A DNA stretch of 64,000 nucleotides from the human T2T-CHM13v2.0 reference genome, Homo sapiens, in NCBI RefSeq assembly GCF_009914755.1, contig NC_060943.1, one strand, 5' to 3'. A program made the position numbers and the translations under genes. The notes below the pieces were generated by a model. It was given only the letters and a program-made list of their open reading frames with translations, made no database searches and had not been told where the DNA came from. This document shows, one piece after another, positions 1-22,745 of this stretch; positions within the stretch are counted from its first letter, which is position 1; every line of letters begins with the position of its first letter.

Positions 1-302
1 CACTAAAGGAAGTATATACAAACACTACTCAAGTGAGTAAACTTGATGCTCATGGGGGTACAGGTTAACAACTCAGAAATGTGTTACACATACACTGGAG
101 TTGAATAGATACAGAAATAAATGGTGGACGGGGAGAGCCAGTTTTCCTGCTGTCAGGGTAAAAAGTTACATATAAACAAGACAGGAAGATTAGAATACAT
201 TTTGTAGTAGTAGATGAGAGTCAGAGACATTAGTATGAACTCATGTTTAGCTTCAGATGCATACAAATGGATAGACAAAAAGACAATTATTAATATATGT
301 AA

Positions 303-560
<258 letters not shown>

Positions 561-649
561 TAAAAACTCCTGACCTCGTGATCTGCCCGCCTTGGCCTCC
601 CAAAGTGCTGGGATTACAGGCGTGAGCCACCGTGCCCAGCTGACCTTGG

Positions 650-2880
<2,231 letters not shown>

Positions 2881-2949
2881 AACAGCAACCCAGAATTTAA
2901 GGAGATATTACCTAAATTCCCATATAAAATTATTTTTAACCAAATAATA

Positions 2950-5900
2950 GTATGTTTATATCCATTTATATTTGATAGCATGAAAGAAGAAAAAACAATT
3001 TATAAAGCAGATGTAAATACATATGAGAAAAGGAGAAAACTTGAAAATTGGTGACCTATATATTCATCACAAGAAGCTGGAAAATGCAACAAATAAACAA
3101 AAATAAGATATAAAAGTCCAGTAATTTTAAAAAATGGAGTTCACAAATACCACAGAAGAGCCAAAACGGCAGATATTTTATTTCAAACTAATGTTACTGA
3201 TGCAATTCTCTCAACACTGATGAAGAAAAAAGTAAATGCTACAATATCCAACCTAGGAGTGCTACCAGGTACCTCAGCTATAGCTCTCCACACTGCACAA
3301 ACACAGTAAGATGGCATTAGGATAAAAACATGTTACTAACTTGCTTGAAATGCATAAAACTCTAAAAAGTAGCCACTGCAAAATCAACACACAGAAAACT
3401 TGGACAATTCTATAAGCATTATGTAATTTGCATAAGTTTTTAAAAAGCACAATGGAAACTGAAGTTTCAGATTTTTTTTTCTGGAGTGTTTCTTCAGACA
3501 TTCTAAGAGGGGGTAAAAGGGTACATTCCCTCAACACATGTATGAAGCTAATGAAACACATCCAACATTATTTTTTTTTAATTTTTTTTTTTTTTGAGAT
3601 GGAGTCTCCCTTTGTTGCCCAGGCTGGGGTGCAGTGGCACGATCTCGGCTCACCACAACCTCCGCCTCCTGGGTTCAAGCAATTCTCCTGCCTCAATCTC
3701 CTGAGTAGCTGAGGCTACAGGCCTGCGCCACCATGCCTCACTAATTTTTCTACTTTTAGTAGAGACAGGGTTTCACCATGTTAGCCAGACTGGGTCACAA
3801 ACTCCTGACCGCAAGTGATCTGCCGGCCTAGGCCTCCCAAAGTGCTGGGATTACAGGCATGAGCCACTGCGCCCAGCCATCCAACGTTAGGAAGGATAAT
3901 GAAAAACAAAATTGCAATCCAATCCCACTCATGAAACCTAAAGAAAACATTAAAAGTTCAGATATAATTGATAAGAGATAAAATATCAACACATGATGAC
4001 CAAATTGGAGTCCAGCATGCAAGGTTAGTCAAGTACTAGAATTCAACATAGTACAGAATAATGGAGGAAAGAAATCGTATGAATTTTGTTAATACATGCA
4101 GAAAGAATGATTCCTAAGAAAAATTTTAGCAATTGTATAAAAAAGCAAACCTCCTCCATGTGAAAGAGTATTTATATAAATTGTTAAAAAACATACCTTA
4201 GCCAGACACGGAGGCTCACACCTGTAATCCCAGCACTTTGGGACTCTGAGGCAGGAGAATTACAGCAGTGAGCCGAGATCACACTACTGTACTCCAACCC
4301 CAGATGACAGAGCAAGACCCAGTCTCAAAAAAAAAAAAAAAAAAGTCAACTGCCTTTTTCTTGTGGAAAATGACAAGCTGAACTAAAATTCATATGTGAA
4401 TATAGAAGACTCAGAATAGCCAAAACAATCTTGAAAGACAAGAATTCAAGTATCAGTACTCATACTTTGTGACTTCAAAACTTTTTATAATGCTACAGTA
4501 AATCAAGCAGTATATAGTACTGTATATAGACAGTATATATACTGTCTATAGTAGTATAGTATGGTATATATACTGTGTATATATACAGTATAGACAGCAT
4601 ATATACTGTGTATATATACAGTATAGACAGCATATATACTGTGTATATATACAGTATAGACAGCATATATACTGTGTATATATACAGTATAGACAGCATA
4701 TATACTGTGTATATATACAGTATAGACAGCATATATACTGTGTATATATACAGTATAGACAGCATATATACTGTGTATATATACAGTATAGACAGCATAT
4801 ATACTGTGTATATATACAGTATAGACAGCATATATACTGTGTATATATACAGTATAGACAGCATATATACTGTGTATATATACAGTATAGACAGCATATA
4901 TACTGTGTATATATACAGTATAGACAGCATATATACTGTGTATATATACAGTATAGACAGCATATATACTGTGTATATATACAGTATAGACAGCATATAT
5001 ACTGTGTATAGTACATAGTACCGTATATATACTGTATATAGTACATAGTACCGTATATATACTGTATATAGTACATAGTACCGTATATACTGTATATAGT
5101 ACATAGTACCGTATATATACTGTATATAGTACATAGTACCGTATATATACTGTATATAGTACATAGTACCGTATATATACTGTATATAGTACATAGTACC
5201 GTATATATACTGTATATAGTACATAGTACCGTATATATACTGTATATAGTACATAGTACCGTATATATACTGTATATAGTACATAGTACCGTATATATAC
5301 TGTATATAGTACATAGTACCGTATATATACTGTATATAGTACATAGTACCGTATATATACTGTATATAGTACATAGTACCGTATATATACTGTATATAGT
5401 ACATAGTACCGTATATATACTGTATATAGTACATAGTACCGTATATATACTGTATATAGTACATAGTACCGTATATATACTGTATATAGTACATAGTACC
5501 GTATATATACTGTATATAGTACATAGTACCGTATATATACTGTATATAGTACATAGTACCGTATATATACTGTATATAGTACATAGTACCGTATATATAC
5601 TGTATATAGTATATAGTACAGTATATAGACAGAAAGACTATGTGTGTATATATATACACATACACTTACATATATCTCAAATTTATGATTAATTCATTAT
5701 CAAAAAGGGTGCCAACAAAATTCAAAGGAGTCTCTTTAGCAATAGTGCTAGCACAACTGGATATTCACATGCAAAAGAATGAAGCTGGGCATCTATCTAC
5801 CCTTTGTATCACATATGAAAATTAACTCAATGTGGATCAAAGACCTAAATGTAAGAGCTAAAACTACTAACTTAGAGGATAACATAGAAGTAAATCGTCA

Positions 5901-6200
5901 TGAACTTGGATTACAAAAGTTTCCTAGACAATAATATCAAAAGCACAGCAACAAAAGAAATAATAGGATGGAATAGAATATTATTCAGCCATAAAAAAAG
6001 AATGAGTATTGATACCTCCTATTATATGGATGAAACTCAAAAACATTATGCTAAGTGAAAGAAAGTCATTCGCAAAAGGCCACATGTTGCTTGATTCCTT
6101 TTTTATATGCAGAATAAGCAAATCTATCGATATCAAAGGAGATTAATGGTTGCCAGAGGCTGAGAGTGAGAGGATAGGGAATGACTGGCAATGTGTATGA
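2950..6200 (+). mobile_element. Old L1 (L1M) ORF2/3' fragments interrupted by Alus and the VNTR
   Basis: L1 ORF2-like motifs: AGAATAGCCAAAACAATCTTGAAAG (~4413), TGGATCAAAGACCTAAATGTAAGAGCTAAAAC (~5833) and GAATATTATTCAGCCATAAAAAAAGAATGA (~5976). Confidence 0.7.
4508..5633. repeat. Bipartite minisatellite/VNTR: ~13 x 33 bp then ~20 x 30 bp
   Basis: Unit A is ACTGTGTATATATACAGTATAGACAGCATATAT (~4569-5005). Unit B is GTACATAGTACCGTATATATACTGTATATA (5011-5608, with one 28-bp variant at 5071). Confidence 0.97.
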
Positions 6201-6250
6201 GCTTTCTTTTCTCTTTTTTTCAGAGATGAGGATTTTGCTCTGTTCCCTAG

Positions 6251-6568
<318 letters not shown>

Positions 6569-7873
6569 TAATCTTAACACTTTGGGACACTGAGGTGGGA
6601 GGATTGCTTGAGCCCAGGAGTTCAAGATCAGCTTGTGCCAAAAAGCAAGACCCCGTCTCTACAAAAAAATTTTTAAAAAATCAGCCGGGGTTGGGGCAGG
6701 GGGTGTGGCACACATCTGTAGTATATATTTTAGTTATATATTAGTGTACATCTATTCATGCAAAATTGTTATATTTCACAGTAAAATTTTATTATTATTT
6801 TAATTTTTGTGGGTACAATGTAGGTGTATATATTTATGGGGTATATGAGATATTTTGATACAGGCATACAATGTGTAATAATCACTTCAGGGTAAATGGA
6901 ACATCCATCACCTCAAGTATTTATCCTTTGTGCTACAAAAAATCCAATTATATTCTTTTAGTTATTTTAAAATATACAATTAAATTATTATTGACTATAG
7001 TCACTTTGTTGCGCTATCAAATACTAGATCTTATTTATCACAGTAAATTTTTTTTTAAAGAGAAAACAGTAGCTATAAAAGACAGGCAGAAGAAGTATAT
7101 TTGTAAATGGAAATATATGGTATTCAAAATAAAAACAGAAAGAACTGGAGATTATTAACATTTTAAGATATTACTCCAGAAAAGTTTCTGGACATTATCA
7201 GCACATGAATTATATATTAAAAAGCCACTATGTATACCAAGGAAAACTAACTAGAATGGTCCATTTAAAGCACATACTATTAGAGTTCTATGACTTCAAA
7301 AAACAAAAAAATTTTTATAGTTGCCAGGCAAAAAGATCAAGTCACTTTGAAGGGAGGAAATATCCAGTGGGCATTAGAGTTACACTTAGTGTTACTTAAA
7401 CTCAGAAAGTAAAGGAGCAATAGGTACGAAGTTCTCAAGAAAAGTAAGATGAATTAAGAATTTGATATCCAAAGTATCTTTCAACTACAAAAATAGCCAA
7501 TAGTTTAAATATACAAGAACTCTCACAATATATTTCTCCTGATCTCATCTTGGCAGGCTCTTTGGTCATTATCAACAGCCGGGAAATGGAGAACTGGGAA
7601 CATACAGCGACTACAATGTCAGATACATAAAAGGGAGTAAAAGATAAAAGTCATGTTCCTAGAAAAGTTGGGAGAATGTCTAAAGAAGTAATTCATGTAA
7701 AAATGCTGATTTGGGGACAAACATCCATGAATGTTGTGTGGTCAATTTGTATAATATTCCATGGAAAAGACTGTCATTTAAAGCTAGCATATCAAATAAT
7801 TGAAAAGAATGGCCGGGCACGGTGGCTCACGCCTGTAATCCCAGCACTTTGGGAGGCCGAGGTGGGTGGATCA

Positions 7874-8233
<360 letters not shown>

Positions 8234-8514
8234 TTAAAAAAAAAAAGACTCTAAAATAGAATGATGAGAAAGGGTACAGAAGGCAAAGTTTAAAAAAAGG
8301 TATCTTAATCTTGATATCAAAAAATTTTGAATTAAGGGAACAAATTACAAAATAGACCAAATGGCACTCCATAATATTAAACAATGAAATAACAATGAAT
8401 TTAAAAGTTAGGAACAGCCACACAACATAACACCTACTATCAAATCAATTTTCAAAGAAAAAGAATTAAAAGATTTCTAAAAATAAAAAGTAACTAATTA
8501 GAGGTAAAGAATAA

Positions 8515-8744
<230 letters not shown>

Positions 8745-9519
8745 TAGCCAGGATGGTCTCGATCTCCTTACCTCGTGATCCGCCCGCCTCGGCCTCCCAA
8801 AGTGCTGGGATTACAGGCGTGAGCCACCGCACCTGGCCCAATGGAATAAATCTAAATAAGCACTGATGAAATCTAATTACAATGCTTATCTCTGATAATA
8901 AACTTTATTTCAAGTGGACAAAGAATACTTAAAACATTGACCTCAGAGCATTCATGGAAATCTAACCACATAGAGCGCCAACAATTTGTTGAGTTGACAT
9001 TTCAACAAGTTCTTGAAGAATTAGGAACACAGACTTTAATCTCTAACAAGAACATAGTACCATTGGAAATTTATAGCAGTATCAGAGAGCAATTTCTATT
9101 ACATGAAGTAAAATAACTCTATTTTAATTGACCTGAAGCAAGGGGCCAAAATAAACTAAAATTATAACTGTGTAAACATTATATAACTAGATAGAACAGC
9201 AAAATCTGTGCTCAAAGCAAAATCTATGGCCTTAAATACTGAAGAGATCAAAAAAGAATGAAAATAAGTGAGTAATTATGACTCACAAATTTCAAAATCA
9301 GAAAGAAAATAAATTGATGCAACAGAAGAGGCATTGGTAAAATCAGAGCAAAAATGATTTACTGTATTTAGAAAAATATAAAACAACTGCAAAATGGTTC
9401 TTCGCAAAAAAAAAAAAAAGTTAAATGAGGCAATGCAGTAAGAATAAAAGGCAAATTTCCTAATACATGAAATAAAGAATAACATGAGGAAATTAATCAC
9501 TTTTATAAACCTTGTAAGA

Positions 9520-10650
9520 AAAGCCCACTACTTGGGCTCAACCCTGTGCTCTTTCGCTTAGGTTAACACGCTAACCTGTATTATCCCACCACTGACCCTT
9601 CAGGGAAGCCTGCAGGGAAAACAGATGTCTGGCTGTCTCCTAATGACTGATACTGTGAAAAGGCTGTTGGCTCCTATCTGCGAAGTGGGCACAGAGTTGT
9701 TATATCTCAGTAAACTGATCCTTATTTTACCTAGGATCAATGTCGGCCTACCAACTTCCTTTCTCAGAATAAGAGATCTTTAGATCACTTAATTCAAGGA
9801 GATTTCGTGGGCCTGATGCCACTTAAAGAACTTTACTGTTGAAGGGAAATTCTGCCATCTCCTTCTTCCCCCAAACCTCTTCATGTTATGCTTTATGAGG
9901 GCTGAAAAATGTTAAGAATTGTACATACGGTTTCAGAAATAGTAGATTAAGATCATGGGATTAAAGCACAGAACTCCTCAACGGAGGTGCATAAAATTGC
10001 AGGCATGGTCACTCAAAAGAGAGCTGCTTTAGATGCAATGCTGGTCTAAGGGGGCAGGCTTATGTGCTGTCTTATGGGAAGAATGTTATATCACTAGAGG
10101 TCTCTGTGGAATCTTTAATATTACTAATATTAATGACTCAGAAAACAGAGTCGCAATAACATTAGGAAACTTGCAGAATGCTCCCACTTACCTAGTTATA
10201 ATGGCTCTTTGCATTCGGTAAGGAATCTGTTCTTTTGTTTTAATTTGGCCTCTGTTGGCTCCTGATTTAGGAGACTATAAACTGTGATTGCAATTCTTCC
10301 CTAAATACGTTTGTTCAAAAGTGTGATCTCCAGAATAATAAAATGCTACTATATCATTTTATATATATACAATATATAATCTCATATTATGATAAAATAA
10401 TAAAATGCTACTATACAGTCATATATATAGCAATGCTACTATATATGTTCCATCGAATGAGCCAACAAATTATCTTCCAACAAAAGGAATACAAAAATAT
10501 GAAATGTATGGAGATTAGAATAACCATGAGGGAAAACTTTTAAAAACACAATGATAACCTCAAACAGCACTGTACATCTGAACTAGTGTTCCCACATAAG
10601 TTTATCTTCCATCTCAAGCAGAAGGATGACCAAAAATGGAAAAATGGGGG
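9520..10650 (+). mobile_element. ERV class I internal remnant including env TM region
   Basis: 10014-10092 reads QKRAALDAML (frameshift) GAGLCAVLWEECY, resembling the gammaretroviral immunosuppressive domain plus CX6CC motif. A purine tract AAAATGGAAAAATGGGGG at ~10633-10650 precedes an LTR-like block. Confidence 0.65.
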
Positions 10651-12336
<1,686 letters not shown>

Positions 12337-13108
12337 TATATAGACACCCTAGGAAGTATATGAAAAATATCGTTAAATATAGAAAAATAAATATTTTGAA
12401 ATATCATAAACATATAACAAGTAAGTCCAACTCAAAATAATACAAAGTACCAGAATAATGAAGATATATCAGGAAGGCTGCTATTTTCAGACAAAAATCA
12501 GTTGCTTTCTAATATATCAATAATAACTAATTATAGGCTGATATATCAATATATCTAATATATCAATAATAACTAATTATAGGCTCACACCTGTATTTTC
12601 AGCACTTTGGGAAGCCAATGCAGGAGGACTGCTTGAGCCCAGGAGTTAGAGACCAGCTGAGCAACCCAGTGAGACCCCCATCTCTAATAAACAAACAAAC
12701 AAACAAAATAACGAATCACACAATATAGAAGTATATAATTACATATTATAGAATTATGTGTTATACAAGTTCTTAATCTCTGACAAGAACATAGCACCAT
12801 TAGAAATTTATAGCAATATCAGAGAACAATTTCTTTTACATCAAGTAAAAGAACTCTATTTTAATTGACCTGAAGTTTAACTGTAACTCAAAAGTTTATA
12901 AACATTTAATAAAATACAAACATAGATTTAGTTTTAAGGGTTTTTAAAAACTATCATTTTTCAAATTTCTTTTTAAAAATTATAGTTTAGACCAGGCGCG
13001 GTGGCTCACGCCTGTAATCCCAGAACTTTGGGAGGCCGAGGCAGGTGGATCACGAGGTCAGGAGATTGAGACCATCCTAGCTAATACAGTGAAACCCTGT
13101 TTCTACTA

Positions 13109-13315
<207 letters not shown>

Positions 13316-13319
13316 TTAT

Positions 13320-13688
13320 AGTTTAAGTTAGAGTGTAGAACTTACGTTGTTGGTTTCTTTACCCTAATTTAATAATGGCGTATCAACCTTCACTCGTCTT
13401 TGTTCATTTTCACTGCAACTGGATAAATGATTAGATATTACTGCCAGTGTGGCAATTCCTTTAGTATATGTAAAATTTGGACAAGATGAAATGGAGAAGA
13501 TTATTTTTCTCAGCTTCAGCAATAAGAAATGCAAACGATAAAGACTGACATTGTTCACACACATGATTTGGAGTTTTAAGATTTGTATAAAGCATGTTCT
13601 GGTGTTGCAGCTTCAAAAGAACAGGAAAATACTCCAGAGTGATTGGCCACATTGCCACACATACGTACATAGCTGCCAGTTCAATGAG
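13320..13688 (-). mobile_element. Possible piggyBac-like DNA transposon end fragment
   Basis: Minus strand reads TTAA|CTCATTGAACTGGCAGC, a TTAA site plus a terminus resembling piggyBac TIRs. The other end was not found. Confidence 0.3.
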
Positions 13689-14255
13689 TTAAGAGGGCCT
13701 AGCACGAAGAGGGTCCACGAGCAATTAGCATACCTAAGCCTAGATCTGGATTTCTAAATGGCGTTCCCAATAAAAGGAACTGGTGCTCCTTACAGAAGTG
13801 GCTGATTCCAGGGCTATGGCAAAGAAAATATAAGATAATCCTAGATTAACAACTTGTAGTACCAGAAAATAAGAAATGCTCACCAAAGGTGAGCAGGTTG
13901 AAAAGGCACAGATGCCAACTTGAAAGAGTTCCCAATGGCCAAAGCAGAAGACAAATAACTAAGGATAGTATAGGATTATAACTCATGGAATAAAATAAAC
14001 ATCTATGAGTCCATATTGATATAAATAATTGAATAAATAGAGGAAAAAGGGAGTATTCCTTCTTACAGAAGAATTCCAGCTAATGGGCCAGGTGCGGTGG
14101 CTCAAGCCTGTAATCCCAGCACTTTGGGAGGCCGCGGCGGGCAGATCACAAGGTCAGGAGTTCGAGACCAGCCTGACCAACATGGTGAAACCCCGTCTCT
14201 ACTAAAAATACAAAAATTAGCCAGGCATGGTGGTGCATGCCTATAATTCCAGCTA

Positions 14256-14390
<135 letters not shown>

Positions 14391-14884
14391 CTAATAAATG
14401 TAGGAGGTTAATGCAAAATCATCAGTAGGCAAATGTTGCATTAAAGATGTGTACAAGCAGGCCGGGCGCAGTGGCTCACGCCTGTAATCCCAGCACTTTG
14501 GGAGGCTGAGGCAGGTAGATGACCTGAGGTCAGGGGCTCAAGACCAGCCTGGTCAACATGGTGAAAACCCATCTCTACAAAAACTACAAAAATTAGCTGG
14601 GGGTGGTGGCACAAGCCTGTAATCCCAGCTACAGCGCCTGTAATCCCAGCCTGAGCCTGGGAGGCGGAGGTGGCAGTGAGCCAAGACAGCACCACTGCAC
14701 CTGCACTCTAGCCTGGGTGACAAAGTGAGGCTCTGTCTCAAAAAGGAAAAAAAAAGAACTGGTATAAGCAAAATCTACTGTTGGAAGCTAAAATCTGTGG
14801 TGGGGATCAGGGGGTGTAAAAGTTGGAGGAGAAATAGGATATCTGTATTGTTTTCCTGGGACTCACAAAATAATACCACAAAAT

Positions 14885-15502
14885 GAAGTCCGCAAAGCAT
14901 CCTCAGAAGCAAAAGTTTTTTCTCGGACCTTCTCTTGCCCTCCTGTCTCTCAGTCCCATTCTCCCCCTAGGCTAACCATAAAGACTAGAAGCCCTCTTCC
15001 CCAAGGCAAGTCATGGAAACCAGAACCCCTTGTCCCCAGAGCTACTCATAAAACCTAAAAATATTACTCTAACTTTCCCCTGCCTTTTTGGGTAAAAACT
15101 GGCCATAAAAAATTCCCTGGCCTACTTTGTTTGACTGTTGGTCATAAGACCCCCATTCCAGAGAGAGTCCCCCATTCCGGAAGGAAGGAATACGTGTTCT
15201 GAGAGGCCAAGAAGAACCTAGACAGACAGGCCTTGCTGGGTTTCCCTACTCAGGCTATTAGCATTAGATCACACCCTTTTTGCCCAATCCTGTTTCTACA
15301 TAGCTGTCCATACTTTGTTAAACCTAAGCATAAAAATAGGTAATTTCCCCTGTACCTTTGGATCTTCTTTCTAAAGGCTCCTGTGTCATGAAAAAGTATG
15401 ATTAGATCAATTTGTATGCCTTTTCTTCTCAATCTGCCTTTTGTCAGTGATTTTCAGTGAAACTTCAGAGGGTGAAAAAGAAGTTTTTCCTTGGCCCGGA
15501 CA
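14885..15502 (+). mobile_element. ERV1 solo LTR, MER39-like
   Basis: Recognised motifs CATAAAACCTAAAAATATTACTCTAACTTTCC and GGTCATAAGACCCCCATTCCAGAGAG. Confidence 0.65.
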
Positions 15503-16271
15503 GATACAATTATGAAAAGCATCTCAAACAAGTTATATCATATTAGCATTGCCTAAGGCACAAATTCTTATTTCACCAAATTATAATATTAGCATTGCCA
15601 GTGGAACAAACTATTATTGTCTCCTCATGTGATACAATGGGAAGAATAGAACATCACCTGGGGGCAATTTTTCAAAATATGTTGGGCTTGAATTTAATCA
15701 TAAGGAAGTGATAATACATTGCAGATTGTAGACATTCTAAAAAGAAATCAAGTGGACTGGACTTTGCAAAGATGTCAATTTCATGAAGGAAGATGCTCTG
15801 AATTAAAGGATATTAAATAGATTTGGTGAGTAAGTATGACAGATGTTCCTTCAGTTGATCCTAGATTTTAAAATTTATAAAAGGACATTACTGGGATAAT
15901 TGGGAGAAATTTGGATGTGGACTGTATATTTGATAATATTCTTAGAGAATTGTGAAATCACTTGGGTAATGTGGGCAAAGGGTTAACAAAACATTTTCTA
16001 ATGTTCTGTAATTAAACATTAAACAGAATGGGAATCCCATTCTGCATGAGGATGTACTCTTAGGCTAACTCTCCAATGCTGCTTCCCTAAAAACAGAATG
16101 TGTCAACTATGTTAATAAGTTTCATTATTTATGGTAACAATGACCCTGATTGGCAAGTTGCACCTCGGACTGTGGACTAGGGGCTAGATGAAGAGAACAC
16201 CATATTTAGGGTTTCTTTGACTACATTTCTTTTTAAAAGAGCATATCCTTGAAAGACCCTGGAAACGATGA

Positions 16272-16439
<168 letters not shown>

Positions 16440-16482
16440 TGAGTAGCTGGGATTACAGGCATGCACCACCACACCCGGCTAA

Positions 16483-16629
<147 letters not shown>

Positions 16630-17808
16630 TAAGTCAGGGGAGGCCCACACTCCTGCCGTGTGGATCTCATTTCCTAGCACTTGAGCTCTAGCAGCTGTGG
16701 AAAAGAGAGCTCCTGGAAGGCTGTCTCATATGCATGAATCACTGCAGCCATGCCACAGGGTGCTGAGCACCAAATACCCAAGAACAACTATAGTTATATA
16801 TATATATTATAAATATATACTTAGGTTAAGAGTAAATATCAGGGCCAGTTACCGGGGCTCAAGAGTGTAATCCCAGCACTTTGGGAGGCCGTGGTGGGCA
16901 GATCACTTGAGGTCAGGAGTTCGAGACCACCCTTTGTATTTTGTAAAAATACAAAAATTAGCCAGGCATGGTGGCACACACTTGTAATCCCAGCTACTTG
17001 GGAGGCTGAGGCAGGAAGATCGCTTGAAACCAGAAGGCAGAGGTTGCAGTGAGCCAAGATCCATCACTGTACTCCAGCCTGGGCGACAGAGTGAGACTGT
17101 CTCAAAAAAAACAAAACAAAACAAAAAAAACAGAGTAAATATCAGTCATAAGGGAGAAAGCATATGATGCAATGACTATATATTTCATAATATGATTACA
17201 GTGAAACTAAAAATTGGGAGGAGACTGGGCATACTAAAAAACTGTTTTCAGTAATCATTTAGGTAGTAAAGCTGTTACTAATGTTCTAAGAATGTTTTAT
17301 GTGTCATAAAGAATAAAGGAAATGACTGGGCATGGTGGCTCATGCCTGTAATCCCAACACTTTGGGAGGCCAAGGTGGGCAGGTCACCTGAGTTTGGGAG
17401 TTCAAGACAAGCCTGACCAACATGGAGAAACCCCATCTCTACTAAAAATACAAAATTAGCCGGGCATGGTACCGCATGCCTGTAATCTCAGATACTCTGA
17501 AGGCTGAGGCAGGAGACTCGCTTGAACCCAGGAGGCAGAGGTTGCGATGAGCCAAGATCGCACCTTTTCACTCCAGCCAGGGCGACAAGAGCGAAACTCT
17601 GCCTCAAAAAAAAAAAAAAAAAATAGAATAAAGGAAATGAATACTTGCATGGTATTTTAATTTTATCATCACTGGAGTATTGGAGAATTGGTACTAAGGA
17701 ATAAGAGATACAGATCAAAGACAGAAAATTTCAATTAAACACCATTTAGTTCTAAGTTTGGCCAGGAAGTTGCCATATAAACTCATTAGGTAATTTATTT
17801 TTATGTAA

Positions 17809-18349
<541 letters not shown>

Positions 18350-18465
18350 TAGCCAGGATGGTCTCGATCTCCTGACCTCGTGATCCGTCTGCCTTGGCCT
18401 CCGAAAGTGCTCAGATTACAGGCATGAGCCACTGTGCCCGGCCTTTTTTTTTTTTTTTTTTTTGA

Positions 18466-18714
<249 letters not shown>

Positions 18715-18968
18715 TGAGCCACCACACCCAGTCACTTACAGATTTTTCTATCTTTAACTGGTAAAAAGCCTATAACAATCTTCAACCAAGAAAAATGGGC
18801 ACTTCTAGAGGCTAGACTGTGGCCTTAAAATACCATTTCCCACTAAAAGAACCCAATAGTTCACAAACTTATGGCTGACTAAAGGCTTGGTACAGGAAAC
18901 GTACAAGATAAGCCTGCAACACTTTGTCATATCAGATGGGAGAAGGCTGGCAATAAAATAACCGTCTA

Positions 18969-19280
<312 letters not shown>

Positions 19281-19360
19281 CTATGAAGGATCCTAGGGGC
19301 CAGGCACGGTGGCTCATGTCTGTAATCCTAACATTTTGGGAAGCCGAGTCCGGTAGATCA

Positions 19361-19616
<256 letters not shown>

Positions 19617-19864
19617 TCAGCCTTTATTTTCCAAATGGTATCAGTAGTTACCAAATAGTAGGTGATGTAAAAAATTGTTTATATTTGTACATAATAAATG
19701 AAAAATAAATGTTAGAATTAGAATATGACCATTTTGGAATGTCTGATGAATTAATACATCCAGGCATTGAGCATAAATGACTGCTAAAAATCACAGAGAG
19801 ACAACCAGAAGGTTTATGCTGAGAACCTAAACCATTCACTCCCACACTCAGCCTTGAAACAGAG

Positions 19865-20295
19865 AAGTGGACCTACCAATCCCCCTACAGGTAGCTTACT
19901 CTCTCCATAAACACATCCCACTGTTTTCCTCAGCACAATTTTACTGTTCTGGAAGTTTCTTGCAAAGGCAAATGGCTTCATTGTTCATTACTGGAAGTTC
20001 CTGAAAGATCCATCAACTCTTAAATGGCAAACATCAACAGTTTGTACTCTAGAAAATTTTCAATTCCTAACCTCAAAATTCTAACCTAGCTGTTTCCACT
20101 AATTCTCCACTGTGGTGTCTTCATCTTTACCTAATCCTAATCAAGTCCCCGCATGAAGACCAGCCTTAAACCAAACTTTTAATTCTCAGTAAAAGCCATC
20201 CTTGCCCTTCTGCCTCTGAGATACTATATAAAGCTCTTCAGAGGTGGTGTTTTCCTTTAACACAGTAAACCATAAGCCCAGCTCTGTCTGGTATG
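19865..20295 (+). mobile_element. ERV1 LTR fragment (MER34-like)
   Basis: LTR-like motifs GCCTCTGAGATACTA...GGTGGTGTTTTCCTTTAACACAGTAAAC, similar in style to the LTR at 10651-12336. Confidence 0.4.
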
Positions 20296-20396
20296 AGGGG
20301 AGCAGGAAAAGTGCCAACATATGATGCATACAATACTGCCCAGGAAGTTGTCTTGCAATAAAATAAATAAAATAAACTGAATCAAAATCGATTAAG

Positions 20397-21228
<832 letters not shown>

Positions 21229-22059
21229 TAAGCCTCTTGACCCCTCTACTTATTTAGAGGATATAGAGGGGTCAGAGAACATATTTAAGCAAATCTCAGG
21301 GATGGCATCAGCAAAAAATAGAATGGAAGATGTTTCTTCAGCAAATAAGGGGTTAAGAACACAAAGAAAGATGAAGACAAAACTTAGAGACTTGCGAAAA
21401 CTTAAAAAGACTTGAAATTGGAGAAAAAATAAAAGGAAGGAACTTATTACCATTAAAATCAGAATAGTGGTTACACTTAGCAGGAGGAAGGAGATTGTGA
21501 CTGGTTGCAGACATGTGGAGGACTTCAGAATCAACTAGAAACTCTCTCCTTGTTTAGAAATACTGCTTGGAGGGTATAAAATAATCTTGTATGTCATTAT
21601 TATAACCTTTCTGTAACTCTAAAATTATATTAAAATAAAAAAAAATTTTTAAGTTTTAACTCCTGACACGGCTGTGGTGACATGATTGTTTAACTTGTAA
21701 GACTCAGTAAGCTACTCATGTGTTATATGTTGTTCTCTGAATCTGTCTAATGTTTTTAAAAATGCCTTGAAAACAATTACATCATTGGTTCTAATCCTTC
21801 TTATTCCCAAAAATTCAAATTCAACAATACCTCATGTGATCTGACTACGCCTAACAATGTGACCTCATTTCTCGTCACTCTCCTCTTAGGATCTCTATTC
21901 TGGTCTACTTTGGTGCTCCTCAAACTCACATAGCTCTCTCTATTACCCTCCCTTGACTATCCATACTCCTTCCCTCCAATGCCTCAGCCATCTCCTTAGC
22001 CTTCTAAGCTCTTTATTCAGCTTGGAATATTCTTCCCCAGATAAACACATGGCTTGTGA

Positions 22060-22443
<384 letters not shown>

Positions 22444-22446
22444 TGA

Positions 22447-22745
<299 letters not shown>

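Noticed and set aside
4569-5608. CRISPR-like regular repeats
   Set aside because: Head-to-tail units with no unique spacers, in primate DNA with no cas genes.
4493-5665. 390-aa, 176-aa and 147-aa Tyr/Ile-rich ORFs
   Set aside because: Artefacts of 30- and 33-bp (multiple of 3) tandem units lacking stops; low complexity and no gene context.
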